Position numbers and translations under genes: made by a program. The notes under the pieces are model-generated. The model had not been told where the DNA came from, ran no database searches, and saw only the letters and a list, made by a program, of their open reading frames with translations. A DNA stretch of 20,000 nt from an uncultured virus (IMG/VR IMGVR_UViG_3300025840_000024). Its lineage: Duplodnaviria; Heunggongvirae; Uroviricota; Caudoviricetes. Below are positions 1 to 8,505 of the stretch, one piece after another; positions within the stretch are counted from its first letter, which is position 1, and each line of letters starts with the position of its first letter. The stretch lies in IMG/VR virus record IMGVR_UViG_3300025840_000024; one strand, written 5' to 3'.

Positions 1-115
1 AATGCTCAAATATTTGGGATTTGAAAAGGATATGAATACTCTTGAAGATATGAAAAATCGATACTACAAGATGTATTTCAAACTTGCCAAACAAGAAAAG
101 TCAATGCTTGATTAG
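1..115 (+). CDS. 3' part of a small hypothetical protein (may start before the window)
   Basis: Open frame from position 2 (MLKYLGFEKD...KSMLD) ending at TAG 113-115, abutting the next ORF. Confidence 0.55.
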   Translation, partial: MLKYLGFEKDMNTLEDMKNRYYKMYFKLAKQEKSMLD

Positions 116-117
116 TG

Positions 118-333
118 ATGCTCTACGTTGTTCAAATAGAAAAGGGGAAACTTATTACGCATGATGGAGATGTCGAAACCGGCATACACCATATGACACT
201 AGAAAAGTTTTTATCTATGGTTCAAGTTGAGTATCAAGAGACTTATTGGATACCAGATCCAAAAGGAAAACGTTACAAACGAGTAAATTTCCAAAAAACT
301 GATAAAATAGTCAAGAAACTAACTCTGGAATAA
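118..333 (+). CDS. Hypothetical protein
   Basis: ORF with ATG 118 (or GTG 115); its stop overlaps the next start (TAATG). Confidence 0.65.
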   Translation: MLYVVQIEKGKLITHDGDVETGIHHMTLEKFLSMVQVEYQETYWIPDPKGKRYKRVNFQKTDKIVKKLTLE

Positions 334-851
334 TGAACATTTTTGTATCAGACCCTGATCCCGTTGTTTCGGCACAAGTGCTCCCAGACAAACACATCGT
401 CAAGATGCCCTTGGAGACCTGCCAGATGCTCTCTATCGTGGCATCAGAGAAGTGGGGGCACGGATACGGCACTCTTCCTAAGGCAGACGGCACACCCTAT
501 GCTACGGAGAAGGGTGCCTTTCGCAATCATCCCTGCACCGTGTGGGCAAATGAAACAGTGGCAAATTCAAGGTGGTTAATTAGTCATGGGTTAGCATTGT
601 GTGAGGAGTATTCCAATCGTTATAAAAAAATTCATTCTTGTCTTGCGACTCTTGCATACGCAAATAAACTTTTTCCTTTTGATGCTGCCCATAGAACTGA
701 ATTGACCCCGTTTGCCAGAGCAATGCCTGACGAATATAAACTTGATACAAGCATCTCAACCTTTGATGCTTATAAGATGTATATTGCATCTAAACCTTGG
801 GTATGCGATAATTACCTTCGTCTTCCTGAGCGTAAACCTGATTGGATTTGA
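333..851 (+). CDS. Pyrimidine-dimer DNA glycosylase / endonuclease V-like protein (Pyr_excise family)
   Basis: MNIF..D.DP..SA...DKHIVKMPLETCQMLS and NHPCTVWA match the recalled DenV-related family. Confidence 0.7.
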   Translation: MNIFVSDPDPVVSAQVLPDKHIVKMPLETCQMLSIVASEKWGHGYGTLPKADGTPYATEKGAFRNHPCTVWANETVANSRWLISHGLALCEEYSNRYKKIHSCLATLAYANKLFPFDAAHRTELTPFARAMPDEYKLDTSISTFDAYKMYIASKPWVCDNYLRLPERKPDWI

Positions 852-853
852 TT

Positions 854-1798
854 ATGAATAATGATTTTTTGTGGGTGGCAAAGTATGCCCCAAAGACAAT
901 TGAAGAATGTATTCTCCCAGAGGCAACCAAGAAGACCTTTCAAAGTTTCCTAGATAAAGGTGAGATTTCTAATATGCTTCTTGCTGGTCCTCCTGGTATT
1001 GGTAAGACCACAGTAGCAAAGGCACTTTGCAATGAACTTGGAGTAGATGTTTATGTCATCAATGGATCCGACGAGGGTAGATTCCTCGATACTGTCAGAA
1101 ACAATGCGAAGAACTTCGCTTCGACCGTCTCGCTTACGGCAACTGCTAAACACAAAGTCATCATCATTGATGAGGCAGATAACACGTCCAATGACGTACA
1201 ACTCCTCCTACGGGCGTTTATTGAGGAGTTTGCTGGTAACTGTCGATTCATCTTTACCTGCAACTATAAAAACAAAATCCTCGAACCACTCCATTCCCGT
1301 TGTGCCGTCGTTGAGTTTGGAATCAAAGGAAAAGAGCGACAATCCATTGCAGCTCTTTTCTTCAAGCGACTCAAAGACATTCTTGACGCAGAACGAATTG
1401 AGTATGATAACAAAGTACTCATTGAACTCATCAACAAACACTTCCCCGATTGGCGACGAGTCCTCAACGAGTGTCAAAGATACTCTGTGGGTGGTAAAAT
1501 TGATTCGGGGATTCTTGCAACCTTTTCGGATGTCGCGGTAAATGATCTCATTAAAAGTCTCAAAGAAAAAAACTTTCCGGAAGTTCGTAAATGGATTGTC
1601 GCCAACCTGGACAATGATACTAGCGTACTTCTTAGGCGTGTTTATGATTCTCTTTATGAATCGTTGGTTCCTGGTTCCATTCCTGCTGCTGTGCTTGTTC
1701 TCGCTAAGTATCAGTATCAGGGGGCGTTCGTAGCGGACCAAGAAATAAATATGCTTGCTTGTATGACAGAACTAATGGTGGAGTGTACTTTCAAATGA
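854..1798 (+). CDS. gp44: Clamp loader large subunit (RFC-like AAA+ ATPase)
   Basis: LWVAKYAP N-terminus, Walker A GPPGIGKT, Walker B IIIDEAD, SRC motif HSRC; ATG 854 preferred to TTG 842. Confidence 0.96.
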   Translation: MNNDFLWVAKYAPKTIEECILPEATKKTFQSFLDKGEISNMLLAGPPGIGKTTVAKALCNELGVDVYVINGSDEGRFLDTVRNNAKNFASTVSLTATAKHKVIIIDEADNTSNDVQLLLRAFIEEFAGNCRFIFTCNYKNKILEPLHSRCAVVEFGIKGKERQSIAALFFKRLKDILDAERIEYDNKVLIELINKHFPDWRRVLNECQRYSVGGKIDSGILATFSDVAVNDLIKSLKEKNFPEVRKWIVANLDNDTSVLLRRVYDSLYESLVPGSIPAAVLVLAKYQYQGAFVADQEINMLACMTELMVECTFK

Positions 1799-1965
1799 AA
1801 AATAAAAGTCATCAACTCAAATCTAGATGGTATTATATTTTTTGGGGTATAATTGCCGTCGCTGTTGTAGGTGGACAAATATATGTTGGTAGTGGATACC
1901 GACAAATGTCTGGAAGTGTTAATCGTCTTACTGGACTAGTGATTACTCTTATGGAGGCAATCTAA
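1795..1965 (+). CDS. Small single-pass membrane protein (56 aa)
   Basis: ATGA overlap with the gp44 stop; hydrophobic segment WYYIFWGIIAVAVVGGQIYVG; TAATG overlap with the next gene. Confidence 0.75.
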   Translation: MKNKSHQLKSRWYYIFWGIIAVAVVGGQIYVGSGYRQMSGSVNRLTGLVITLMEAI

Positions 1966-2174
1966 TGAGTCTCTATAAGATTGATAAAAACTCTTTATTT
2001 GAAAATAAAATAAAAACAACTCCGCAGAATGTGCAGGAGGCAAATGAAGCACTATATCGTGCTAAAATGAATTTACCTGCTGCTGCAAAGCATTGTGGTA
2101 TGACTGAAAAGGAAATGAAAATGACTTTCCTCGAATATTTGAAGTATCATCCTATTGATTATGAAGTCTCTTAA
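1965..2174 (+). CDS. Small hypothetical protein, possible helix-turn-helix
   Basis: GGAGG SD upstream; MNLPAAAKHCGMTEKEM resembles an HTH pattern. Confidence 0.8.
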   Translation: MSLYKIDKNSLFENKIKTTPQNVQEANEALYRAKMNLPAAAKHCGMTEKEMKMTFLEYLKYHPIDYEVS

Positions 2175-3033
2175 AACCTGTCTCAGATATCCTGGCGGAA
2201 AATCCCGTGCATGTGTGAAAATCGGGAAGTTTATTCCTGATTTGCGTGATTATAAGCAGTATCGTGAACCATTTCTTGGTGGCGGTAGTATGGCAATTCA
2301 TATTACTAAGATGTATCCCCGAATTCGTATTTGGGTAAATGACTTGTATGAACCACTTGTAAATTTTTGGATCCAACTTCAAGAGAATGGAAAAGAACTT
2401 CAGGATCTTTTAGTTGATTATAAATCGACTCATGCCAATCCAGAATCGGCAAAAGAGTTGTTTATAAATGCCAAAGAATGGGTAAATGATAGAACTAAAT
2501 GTAATATTGATCGTGCCGTAGCATTCTATATTGTAAATAAATGCTCATTTAGTGGACTGACAGAAAGTTCTTCATTTTCTCCAAAGGCATCTGTAAGTAA
2601 CTTTTCTCTCCGTGGCATTTCCAAACTTACTGGATATTCTGAACTAATTCAGAGATGGCATATTACCAATGGGTCATATGAAAATATGCTCACGAATGAT
2701 AAAGATGTCTTTACTTATCTAGATCCTCCATATGATATTAAAGACAATCTTTATGGTAAGAAAGGTGATATGCACAAGAGATTTGATCATGATAAGTTTG
2801 CCAAAGATTGCTCATCACACGAGAGTAAAATGCTTGTAAGTTATAATTCAGATCAACTTGTGAAAGATCGTTTTAAAGATTGGAATGCTGCCGAGTTTGA
2901 TCTTACATACACGATGCGATCGGTAGGCGAATATATGCGTGATCAAAAACAACGTAAAGAATTACTGCTTTTTAATTATGGAATTGAAGGATTGGTTGAA
3001 CAGTATCAATCAGACAAAGAAACATCTAATTGA
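2161..3033 (+). CDS. dam: DNA adenine methyltransferase (Dam/D12 class, alpha group)
   Basis: LRYPGGKS, motif I EPFLGGGS, catalytic motif IV DPPY. Confidence 0.93.
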   Translation: MKSLKTCLRYPGGKSRACVKIGKFIPDLRDYKQYREPFLGGGSMAIHITKMYPRIRIWVNDLYEPLVNFWIQLQENGKELQDLLVDYKSTHANPESAKELFINAKEWVNDRTKCNIDRAVAFYIVNKCSFSGLTESSSFSPKASVSNFSLRGISKLTGYSELIQRWHITNGSYENMLTNDKDVFTYLDPPYDIKDNLYGKKGDMHKRFDHDKFAKDCSSHESKMLVSYNSDQLVKDRFKDWNAAEFDLTYTMRSVGEYMRDQKQRKELLLFNYGIEGLVEQYQSDKETSN

Positions 3034-3358
3034 TGAAGACCGTTCACTTGAGAAGGAATATCCTCCATACATTATAAATCGATGTTTCTCTGGACACATC
3101 GATACCTTGATGTTTGCCAATGAGATGAATAAGTATCACTTTCTTCCAAAGAGACTTCAATACGATTTCTTTATAAATATTGTGAGGAAAAAGAAGAGAT
3201 TCTCTCCCTGGATCCGACAAGATAAAATCCAAGATCTTGATTATGTCAAACGTTATTATGGTTATAGTAATGAAAAGGCAAAGCAAGCTCTGAAGATACT
3301 AACAAAGGAACAACTGAAGTTCATTAAATCTAAATTTGATACTGGAGGAAAAGCATGA
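2978..3358 (+). CDS. gp62: Clamp loader small subunit
   Basis: MELKDWLNSIN...YPPYIINRCFS...RKKKRFSPW...YYGYSNEKA typical of gp62; located between gp44 and regA; overlaps the methyltransferase 3' end by 56 nt. Confidence 0.92.
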   Translation: MELKDWLNSINQTKKHLIDEDRSLEKEYPPYIINRCFSGHIDTLMFANEMNKYHFLPKRLQYDFFINIVRKKKRFSPWIRQDKIQDLDYVKRYYGYSNEKAKQALKILTKEQLKFIKSKFDTGGKA

Positions 3359-3795
3359 GCGTTGTTAGAGAGCCTGAAGTGAAATGGTCGCCAGATAAAA
3401 TGGTGGAAGTGATTCTGGGAGAACCGGACGATTTTCTTAAGGTTCGTGAGACGCTGACACGTATTGGTGTCGCATCACGCAAAGAAAAAAAGATTTATCA
3501 ATCGTGCCATATTTTGCACAAGCAAGGTCGTTATTATCTGGTGCATTTTAAGGAACTATTTGCACTGGATGGTAAGCACGCAAATCTAACTGTAAACGAT
3601 ATTCAGAGACGCAATCGTATTGTACAGTTACTTGCCGACTGGGGACTTATTGAAATTGTGAATGTTGATTTGATTCAGGATATTGCTCCATTGAATCAAA
3701 TTAAGGTTCTTTCTTATAAGGATAAGGGAGAATGGATTCTTGAGACCAAATACAATATTGGTTCCAAGAAGAAAAGGACAGAGGAAACCGAATAA
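3355..3795 (+). CDS. regA: Translational repressor RegA
   Basis: DDFLKVRETLTRIGVAS...QSCHILHKQGRYYLVHFKELFALDG signature. Confidence 0.97.
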   Translation: MSVVREPEVKWSPDKMVEVILGEPDDFLKVRETLTRIGVASRKEKKIYQSCHILHKQGRYYLVHFKELFALDGKHANLTVNDIQRRNRIVQLLADWGLIEIVNVDLIQDIAPLNQIKVLSYKDKGEWILETKYNIGSKKKRTEETE

Positions 3796-3800
3796 ATAGG

Positions 3801-3825
3801 AGCGGGTTTCCACACCCGCTTTTTT
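3801..3825 (+). terminator. Rho-independent terminator after regA
   Basis: AGCGGGT-ttccac-ACCCGCT followed by a T run. Confidence 0.85.
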
Positions 3826-3846
3826 GTGCCTTGTGTTAATATATAC

Positions 3847-3907
3847 TTGTGGATGCCGTAAGGGTCCACAAAACACAAACTCGCTTTTTTAAGGAGCTAC
3901 AATAATG
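3847..3907 (+). promoter_or_regulatory. Structured 5' UTR of hsp20, ROSE-like RNA thermometer candidate
   Basis: Hairpin TTGTGGA-TGCC-GTAA-GGG-TCCACAA (3847-3871), then CTCGCTT-TTTT-AAGGAG (3880-3896) pairing the SD with a bulged G. Confidence 0.65.
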
Positions 3908-4339
3908 ACTAACCTCACAAGGTATACTGCTGCGGATCTTCCTGAATTGATGGAAAGAATCACGCGCAATTCTATTGGAATGGATGAATATTTTGATCGC
4001 CTTTTTAACCTACATGAAACTTCAAAGAATTATCCTCCATACAATCTTATTCAGGTAAATAATGTTGAGTCTAGATTAGAAATAGCACTCGCAGGGTTTA
4101 AGAAAGGAGAAGTAAATGCGTTCACAGAGTATGGAAAACTTTTTGTCGAAGGACAAAAAGAAGATACTGAGTCAGACAGGACATATGTCCACAAGGGAGT
4201 GGCTAGCAGAAGTTTTAAACGAGCATGGACTTTATCCGACGACACAGAAGTTAAGGAAGTCATCTTTGAGGACGGGTTACTCACCATTACCTTGGGGAAA
4301 ATAGTCCCAGAGCATCATGCACGTAAAGATTATCTCTAA
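3905..4339 (+). CDS. hsp20: Small heat-shock protein (Hsp20/IbpA-like)
   Basis: NYPPYNL, LEIALAGF, HKGVASRSFKRAWTL, FEDGLLTI alpha-crystallin motifs; AAGGAG SD. Confidence 0.95.
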   Translation: MTNLTRYTAADLPELMERITRNSIGMDEYFDRLFNLHETSKNYPPYNLIQVNNVESRLEIALAGFKKGEVNAFTEYGKLFVEGQKEDTESDRTYVHKGVASRSFKRAWTLSDDTEVKEVIFEDGLLTITLGKIVPEHHARKDYL

Positions 4340-4363
4340 ATAGAAGGTCGTCGTCGCATGACA

Positions 4364-4404
4364 GAGGGGATACTGGCACAATCCAGCAACATCCCCTTTT
4401 TTTT
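4364..4404 (+). terminator. Terminator-like stem-loop after hsp20
   Basis: AGGGGAT...ATCCCCT outer stem, CTGG/CCAG inner stem, followed by T8. Confidence 0.7.
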
Positions 4405-4405
4405 A

Positions 4406-4414
4406 TGCTATAAT
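4406..4414 (+). promoter_or_regulatory. Extended -10 sigma70-type promoter candidate
   Basis: TGcTATAAT directly after the terminator, followed by GGAGG and ATG 4436; -35 position poor (GCAACA). Confidence 0.6.
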
Positions 4415-4435
4415 ATATGGAGGAACTATAGTATC

Positions 4436-4768
4436 ATGTCTGTAAAACTTGCTATTTTAAAATCTGGGGAAACGGTCGTTGCAGAAATTAAAGAATTAAT
4501 TTCTGATGATAAAGTATGTGGATATCTTTTTGAAAACCCTCATGTTATTCGCGAAAGAGCATCAATATTTCTTGCCGAAGATAATGAGCAAAATGGTAGA
4601 GACATTGAAATTGCAATCGCTCCTTGGATTATTTTGACAAAAGATGATAAAATTCCTGTTCGTCCTGATTGGATTGTAACTATTGTAGATCCAATAGATA
4701 CTATTGCAGAAATGTATGAGGAAAAAGTTAATGGAAAAATCAGTGAAGTGCCTTCTTCTGAAGGTTGA
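4436..4768 (+). CDS. Conserved phage hypothetical protein (beta-rich, possibly Sm-like)
   Basis: GGAGG upstream of ATG 4436; KLAILKSGETVVAEI...NP...PW...IVTIVDP. Confidence 0.85.
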   Translation: MSVKLAILKSGETVVAEIKELISDDKVCGYLFENPHVIRERASIFLAEDNEQNGRDIEIAIAPWIILTKDDKIPVRPDWIVTIVDPIDTIAEMYEEKVNGKISEVPSSEG

Positions 4769-4985
4769 TAACGTAATTGTTACAGAAATTATTGAAGTTG
4801 GATCTGAACTTGGTGAACCAGATTGTAAACTTATTAATCCATACGAGATTGATGTTGATGGAAACTTGAAACCATGGCCAGAGATTACGGATCAAAAAGA
4901 ACTTATGATTCATTCTGATAGTATTTTAACTATTGTTGATCCAAAAAAAGAAATTATTGACAAGTATCTTGAGTTAACTTCCTAA
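4731..4985 (+). CDS. Conserved phage hypothetical protein, paralogue of the preceding gene
   Basis: GAGG upstream of ATG 4731; shares NP..PW..ILTIVDP pattern; TAATG overlap with gp43. Confidence 0.85.
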   Translation: MEKSVKCLLLKVDNVIVTEIIEVGSELGEPDCKLINPYEIDVDGNLKPWPEITDQKELMIHSDSILTIVDPKKEIIDKYLELTS

Positions 4986-7486
4986 TGCGCTTTTATACTA
5001 ATGTTCAGATGGTCGGGGATAACTTCCTTGTTCGCGGTCATGAAAATGGAAAACATTTCATGATCAAAGAGAGGTTTGACCCGACTCTTTTTGTGCCTTC
5101 AAATAATCAAACAAAATATAAAACTCTTAATGGGGAGTATGTTGAGGCAATTCAACCAGGGTCTGTAAGAGATTGTCGTGACTTCATCAAAAAATATGAA
5201 GGTGTAGAGAACTTTAGTATTTACGGAAATGATCGATACATCTATCAGTATATTTCTGATAAGTATCCTGAAGAAGAAATTAAGTTTGATACTAACAAGA
5301 TCAAGATCTCGACAATTGATATTGAGGTTGCATCAGAGAATGGATTCCCTGATGTGGAATCTGCTGCCGAGGAAGTTCTTCTTATTACGGTTCAGGATTA
5401 TGCTACTAAGCAGATCCGTACCTGGGGTAAGGGAAACTTTGTAAACAAACAACAAAATGTTATCTACAAAGGATTTGATACAGAGTATGAATTACTCAAT
5501 AGTTTCATTCACTGGTGGATGATTGAAGAAAATTGTCCTGAGGTTGTTACCGGATGGAACAGTGAGCTTTATGATATGCCGTATTTGGTGCGTCGTATTG
5601 ATCGTGTTCTTGGCGAAAAGTTGATGAAGCGTATGTCTCCATGGGGACTGGTGACTGAGAAGGAAACTTTTATCATGGGACGAAAGCATATTTCTTATGA
5701 TGTAGGTGGCATTACTCAACTTGATTATTTGAACCTTTATAAGAAGTTTACTTATAAAGCACAGGAATCATATCGCCTGGATTATATTGCCAGTGTTGAA
5801 TTGGGGCAGAAGAAGTTAGATCACAGCGAATTTGATACTTTTAAAGACTTCTACACAAATGGGTGGCAGAAGTTTGTAGAATACAATATCATTGACGTGG
5901 AACTTGTTGACCGTCTGGAAGACAAGATGAAACTCATCGAACTTGCTATTACAATGGCATATGACGCAAAGGTAAACTTTGTCGATGTGTTTTATCAGGT
6001 AAGGATGTGGGATGCCATTATCTACAACTACCTGAAGAAGCGAAATATTGTTATTCCGCCAAAGGAGGATTCTTCCAAAAGTGAAAAATACGCAGGCGCA
6101 TATGTTAAGGAACCGATTCCTGGAAAGTATGACTGGGTGGTGTCTTTTGACCTTAACTCTCTGTATCCTCATCTCATTATGCAATATAATATCTCACCAG
6201 AGACTCTTCTTGATGAAAGACATCCCCGTGCGAGTGTTGATCGAATCCTCAATGAGGAGATAACATTTGAGATGTATAAGGACTATGCGGTATGTGCCAA
6301 TGGTGCCATGTATCGTAAAGATGTTCGCGGTTTTCTTCCAGAATTGATGGAGAGGATTTATAATGAAAGAAAGATCTTCAAAAAGAAGATGTTGAAAGCA
6401 AAACAAGATTATGAAAAAACTCCAACGAAGGCACTGGAAAAAGAAATTGCCCGTTGCAACAACATCCAGATGGCAAGAAAGATTCAACTTAACTCTGCTT
6501 ACGGTGCGATTGGTAATCAGTATTTTAGGTATTATAAACTTGCAAATGCTGAAGCAATCACTCTCTCGGGTCAAGTTTCGATTCGCTGGATCGAAAACCG
6601 TATGAACGAATACCTAAATAAACTATTGCAAACGGAGGAGGTCGATTATGTTATCGCATCCGACACTGACAGCATCTATCTTAACCTTGGACCTCTTGTT
6701 AGTAAATTTTTTGCTAATAAGTCTAGCGACAAAACAGCAATTGTGGGGATACTTGACAAGATCTGCCAAGAGAAACTGGAACCTTTTATCGAACGTTCAT
6801 ACCAGAAACTTGCGGACTACGTACAAGCGTATGACCAAAAAATGCAAATGAAGCGTGAGAATATCGCAGAACGTGGTATTTGGACAGCAAAGAAGCGTTA
6901 TATTCTCAACGTATGGAATAGTGAGGGTGTTCAATATACCGAACCAAAACTTAAAATGATGGGTATTGAGGCAGTCAAATCATCGACACCAGCTCCTTGT
7001 CGGACAATGATTAAAGATGGTCTTAAACTCATGATGAATGGAACAGAGGATGAGGTAATTGAGTATATTGATAAGTGTCGTAAGGAATTTAGAAAACTTC
7101 CACCAGAACAGATTGCTTTTCCACGATCTGCCTCTGATGTGAAAAAGTATCATTCTCACGCTGACATTTATTCGAAGGGCACTCCTATTCATATTCGTGG
7201 AGCACTTCTTTTTAATCATTATATTAAAGAGAAGAAGTTGACAAATAAATATTCACTTATTGCCAATGGTGAAAAAATCAAGTTCTTGTATCTGAAGAAA
7301 CCAAATATTATTCAGGAGAATATTATTTCTTTTATTCAGGACTTTCCAAAAGAACTTGGTCTTGACAGGTATATTGACTATGACCTACAATTTGAAAAGA
7401 GTTTCCTTGAACCTTTCAAAGCAATTCTAGATGCCATCGGATGGTCTGTGGAAAAAAATGTAAACCTTGAACTATTTTTTGGATAA
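4985..7486 (+). CDS. gp43: Family B DNA polymerase
   Basis: Exonuclease DIE and YNIIDV; motif A SFDLNSLYPH, motif B KIQLNSAYG, motif C SDTDS; KKRY. Confidence 0.98.
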   Translation: MRFYTNVQMVGDNFLVRGHENGKHFMIKERFDPTLFVPSNNQTKYKTLNGEYVEAIQPGSVRDCRDFIKKYEGVENFSIYGNDRYIYQYISDKYPEEEIKFDTNKIKISTIDIEVASENGFPDVESAAEEVLLITVQDYATKQIRTWGKGNFVNKQQNVIYKGFDTEYELLNSFIHWWMIEENCPEVVTGWNSELYDMPYLVRRIDRVLGEKLMKRMSPWGLVTEKETFIMGRKHISYDVGGITQLDYLNLYKKFTYKAQESYRLDYIASVELGQKKLDHSEFDTFKDFYTNGWQKFVEYNIIDVELVDRLEDKMKLIELAITMAYDAKVNFVDVFYQVRMWDAIIYNYLKKRNIVIPPKEDSSKSEKYAGAYVKEPIPGKYDWVVSFDLNSLYPHLIMQYNISPETLLDERHPRASVDRILNEEITFEMYKDYAVCANGAMYRKDVRGFLPELMERIYNERKIFKKKMLKAKQDYEKTPTKALEKEIARCNNIQMARKIQLNSAYGAIGNQYFRYYKLANAEAITLSGQVSIRWIENRMNEYLNKLLQTEEVDYVIASDTDSIYLNLGPLVSKFFANKSSDKTAIVGILDKICQEKLEPFIERSYQKLADYVQAYDQKMQMKRENIAERGIWTAKKRYILNVWNSEGVQYTEPKLKMMGIEAVKSSTPAPCRTMIKDGLKLMMNGTEDEVIEYIDKCRKEFRKLPPEQIAFPRSASDVKKYHSHADIYSKGTPIHIRGALLFNHYIKEKKLTNKYSLIANGEKIKFLYLKKPNIIQENIISFIQDFPKELGLDRYIDYDLQFEKSFLEPFKAILDAIGWSVEKNVNLELFFG

Positions 7487-8505
7487 TGGACTTCTTAAAA
7501 GATATCGTAAAAGAGATTGGAGATGACTACACAAAACTCGCCGCAGATATTGACGAGACTGAAACATATGTTGACACGGGTTCGTACATTTTTAATGGAC
7601 TTGTGTCAGGTAGTATTTTTGGTGGTGTATCTGGGAATAAGATTACTGCTATTGCTGGAGAGTCTTCTACTGGAAAAACTTTCTTCTCTCTCGCTGTGGT
7701 TAAGAATTTTCTTAATTCTAACCCCGATGGTTATTGTCTCTACTTTGATACTGAGGCTGCCATTACTAAGTCACTCTTGGACTCAAGAGGCATTGACGTT
7801 TCACGGTTTGTCGTGGTTAATGTTGTCACAGTAGAAGAGTTTCGTAGTAAGGCACTTAAGGCAGTAGACATATACCTAAAAAAACCTGTAGAGGAGCGCA
7901 AACCTTGTATGTTTGTGTTAGACTCTCTGGGAATGCTCTCAACAGAAAAGGAAATTACTGATGCCCTGAACGATAAGCAGGTTCGTGACATGACGAAATC
8001 TCAACTTATCAAAGGTGCTTTCAGGATGTTGACATTGAAGTTGGGGCAGGCTAACATTCCAATGATAGTAACCAACCATACCTATGATGTCATCGGTTCT
8101 TATGTTCCTACTAAAGAGATGGGCGGTGGTTCTGGTCTTAAGTATGCTGCCAGTACCATCATATATCTCAGCAAGAAAAAAGAAAAAGACGGAACAGAAA
8201 TTATCGGAAACATTATTAAGGCAAAGACTGCTAAGTCGCGTCTAAGTAAGGAGAATAAGGATGTTGAGATACGTCTCTATTATGATGAGCGTGGGCTTGA
8301 TCGATATTATGGTCTTCTGGAGTTGGGTGAGATTGGAGGACTTTGGAAGAATGTTGCTGGACGTTATGAAATGAATGTTAATGGCGAAACCAAAAAGGTC
8401 TATGCCAAAGCGATTCTCAAAGAACCAGAAACCTACTTCACAGAAGAAGTAATGCAGAAACTTGACGAAATAGCGAGGAAGGAATTTAGTTATGGAGCGA
8501 ATTGA
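7486..8505 (+). CDS. uvsX: RecA-like recombinase UvsX
   Basis: Walker A GESSTGKT, Walker B VLDSLG, MGGGSGLKYAAS; located between gp43 and gp41. Confidence 0.96.
   Translation: MDFLKDIVKEIGDDYTKLAADIDETETYVDTGSYIFNGLVSGSIFGGVSGNKITAIAGESSTGKTFFSLAVVKNFLNSNPDGYCLYFDTEAAITKSLLDSRGIDVSRFVVVNVVTVEEFRSKALKAVDIYLKKPVEERKPCMFVLDSLGMLSTEKEITDALNDKQVRDMTKSQLIKGAFRMLTLKLGQANIPMIVTNHTYDVIGSYVPTKEMGGGSGLKYAASTIIYLSKKKEKDGTEIIGNIIKAKTAKSRLSKENKDVEIRLYYDERGLDRYYGLLELGEIGGLWKNVAGRYEMNVNGETKKVYAKAILKEPETYFTEEVMQKLDEIARKEFSYGAN

Noticed and set aside
1047..1541. Alternative-frame + strand ORFs inside core genes (also 7517-7834, 9330-9677, 18199-18549)
   Set aside because: Nested in conserved genes, Ser/Leu/Arg-rich off-frame composition, no supporting signals
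1208..1741. 177-aa minus-strand ORF, and other antisense ORFs such as 9960-10418, 5816-6184 and 18723-19217
   Set aside because: They lie wholly opposite well-supported + strand genes, have no recognisable motifs and are typical codon-bias shadows
1848..1853. TATAAT inside the small membrane-protein gene
   Set aside because: No convincing -35 or TG extension at the correct spacing
4358..4435. Upstream start extensions in the ORF track (also 842, 1759, 2939, 4704, 15986, 17595)
   Set aside because: They run through terminators, promoters or upstream genes; downstream ATGs have an SD or stop-start coupling
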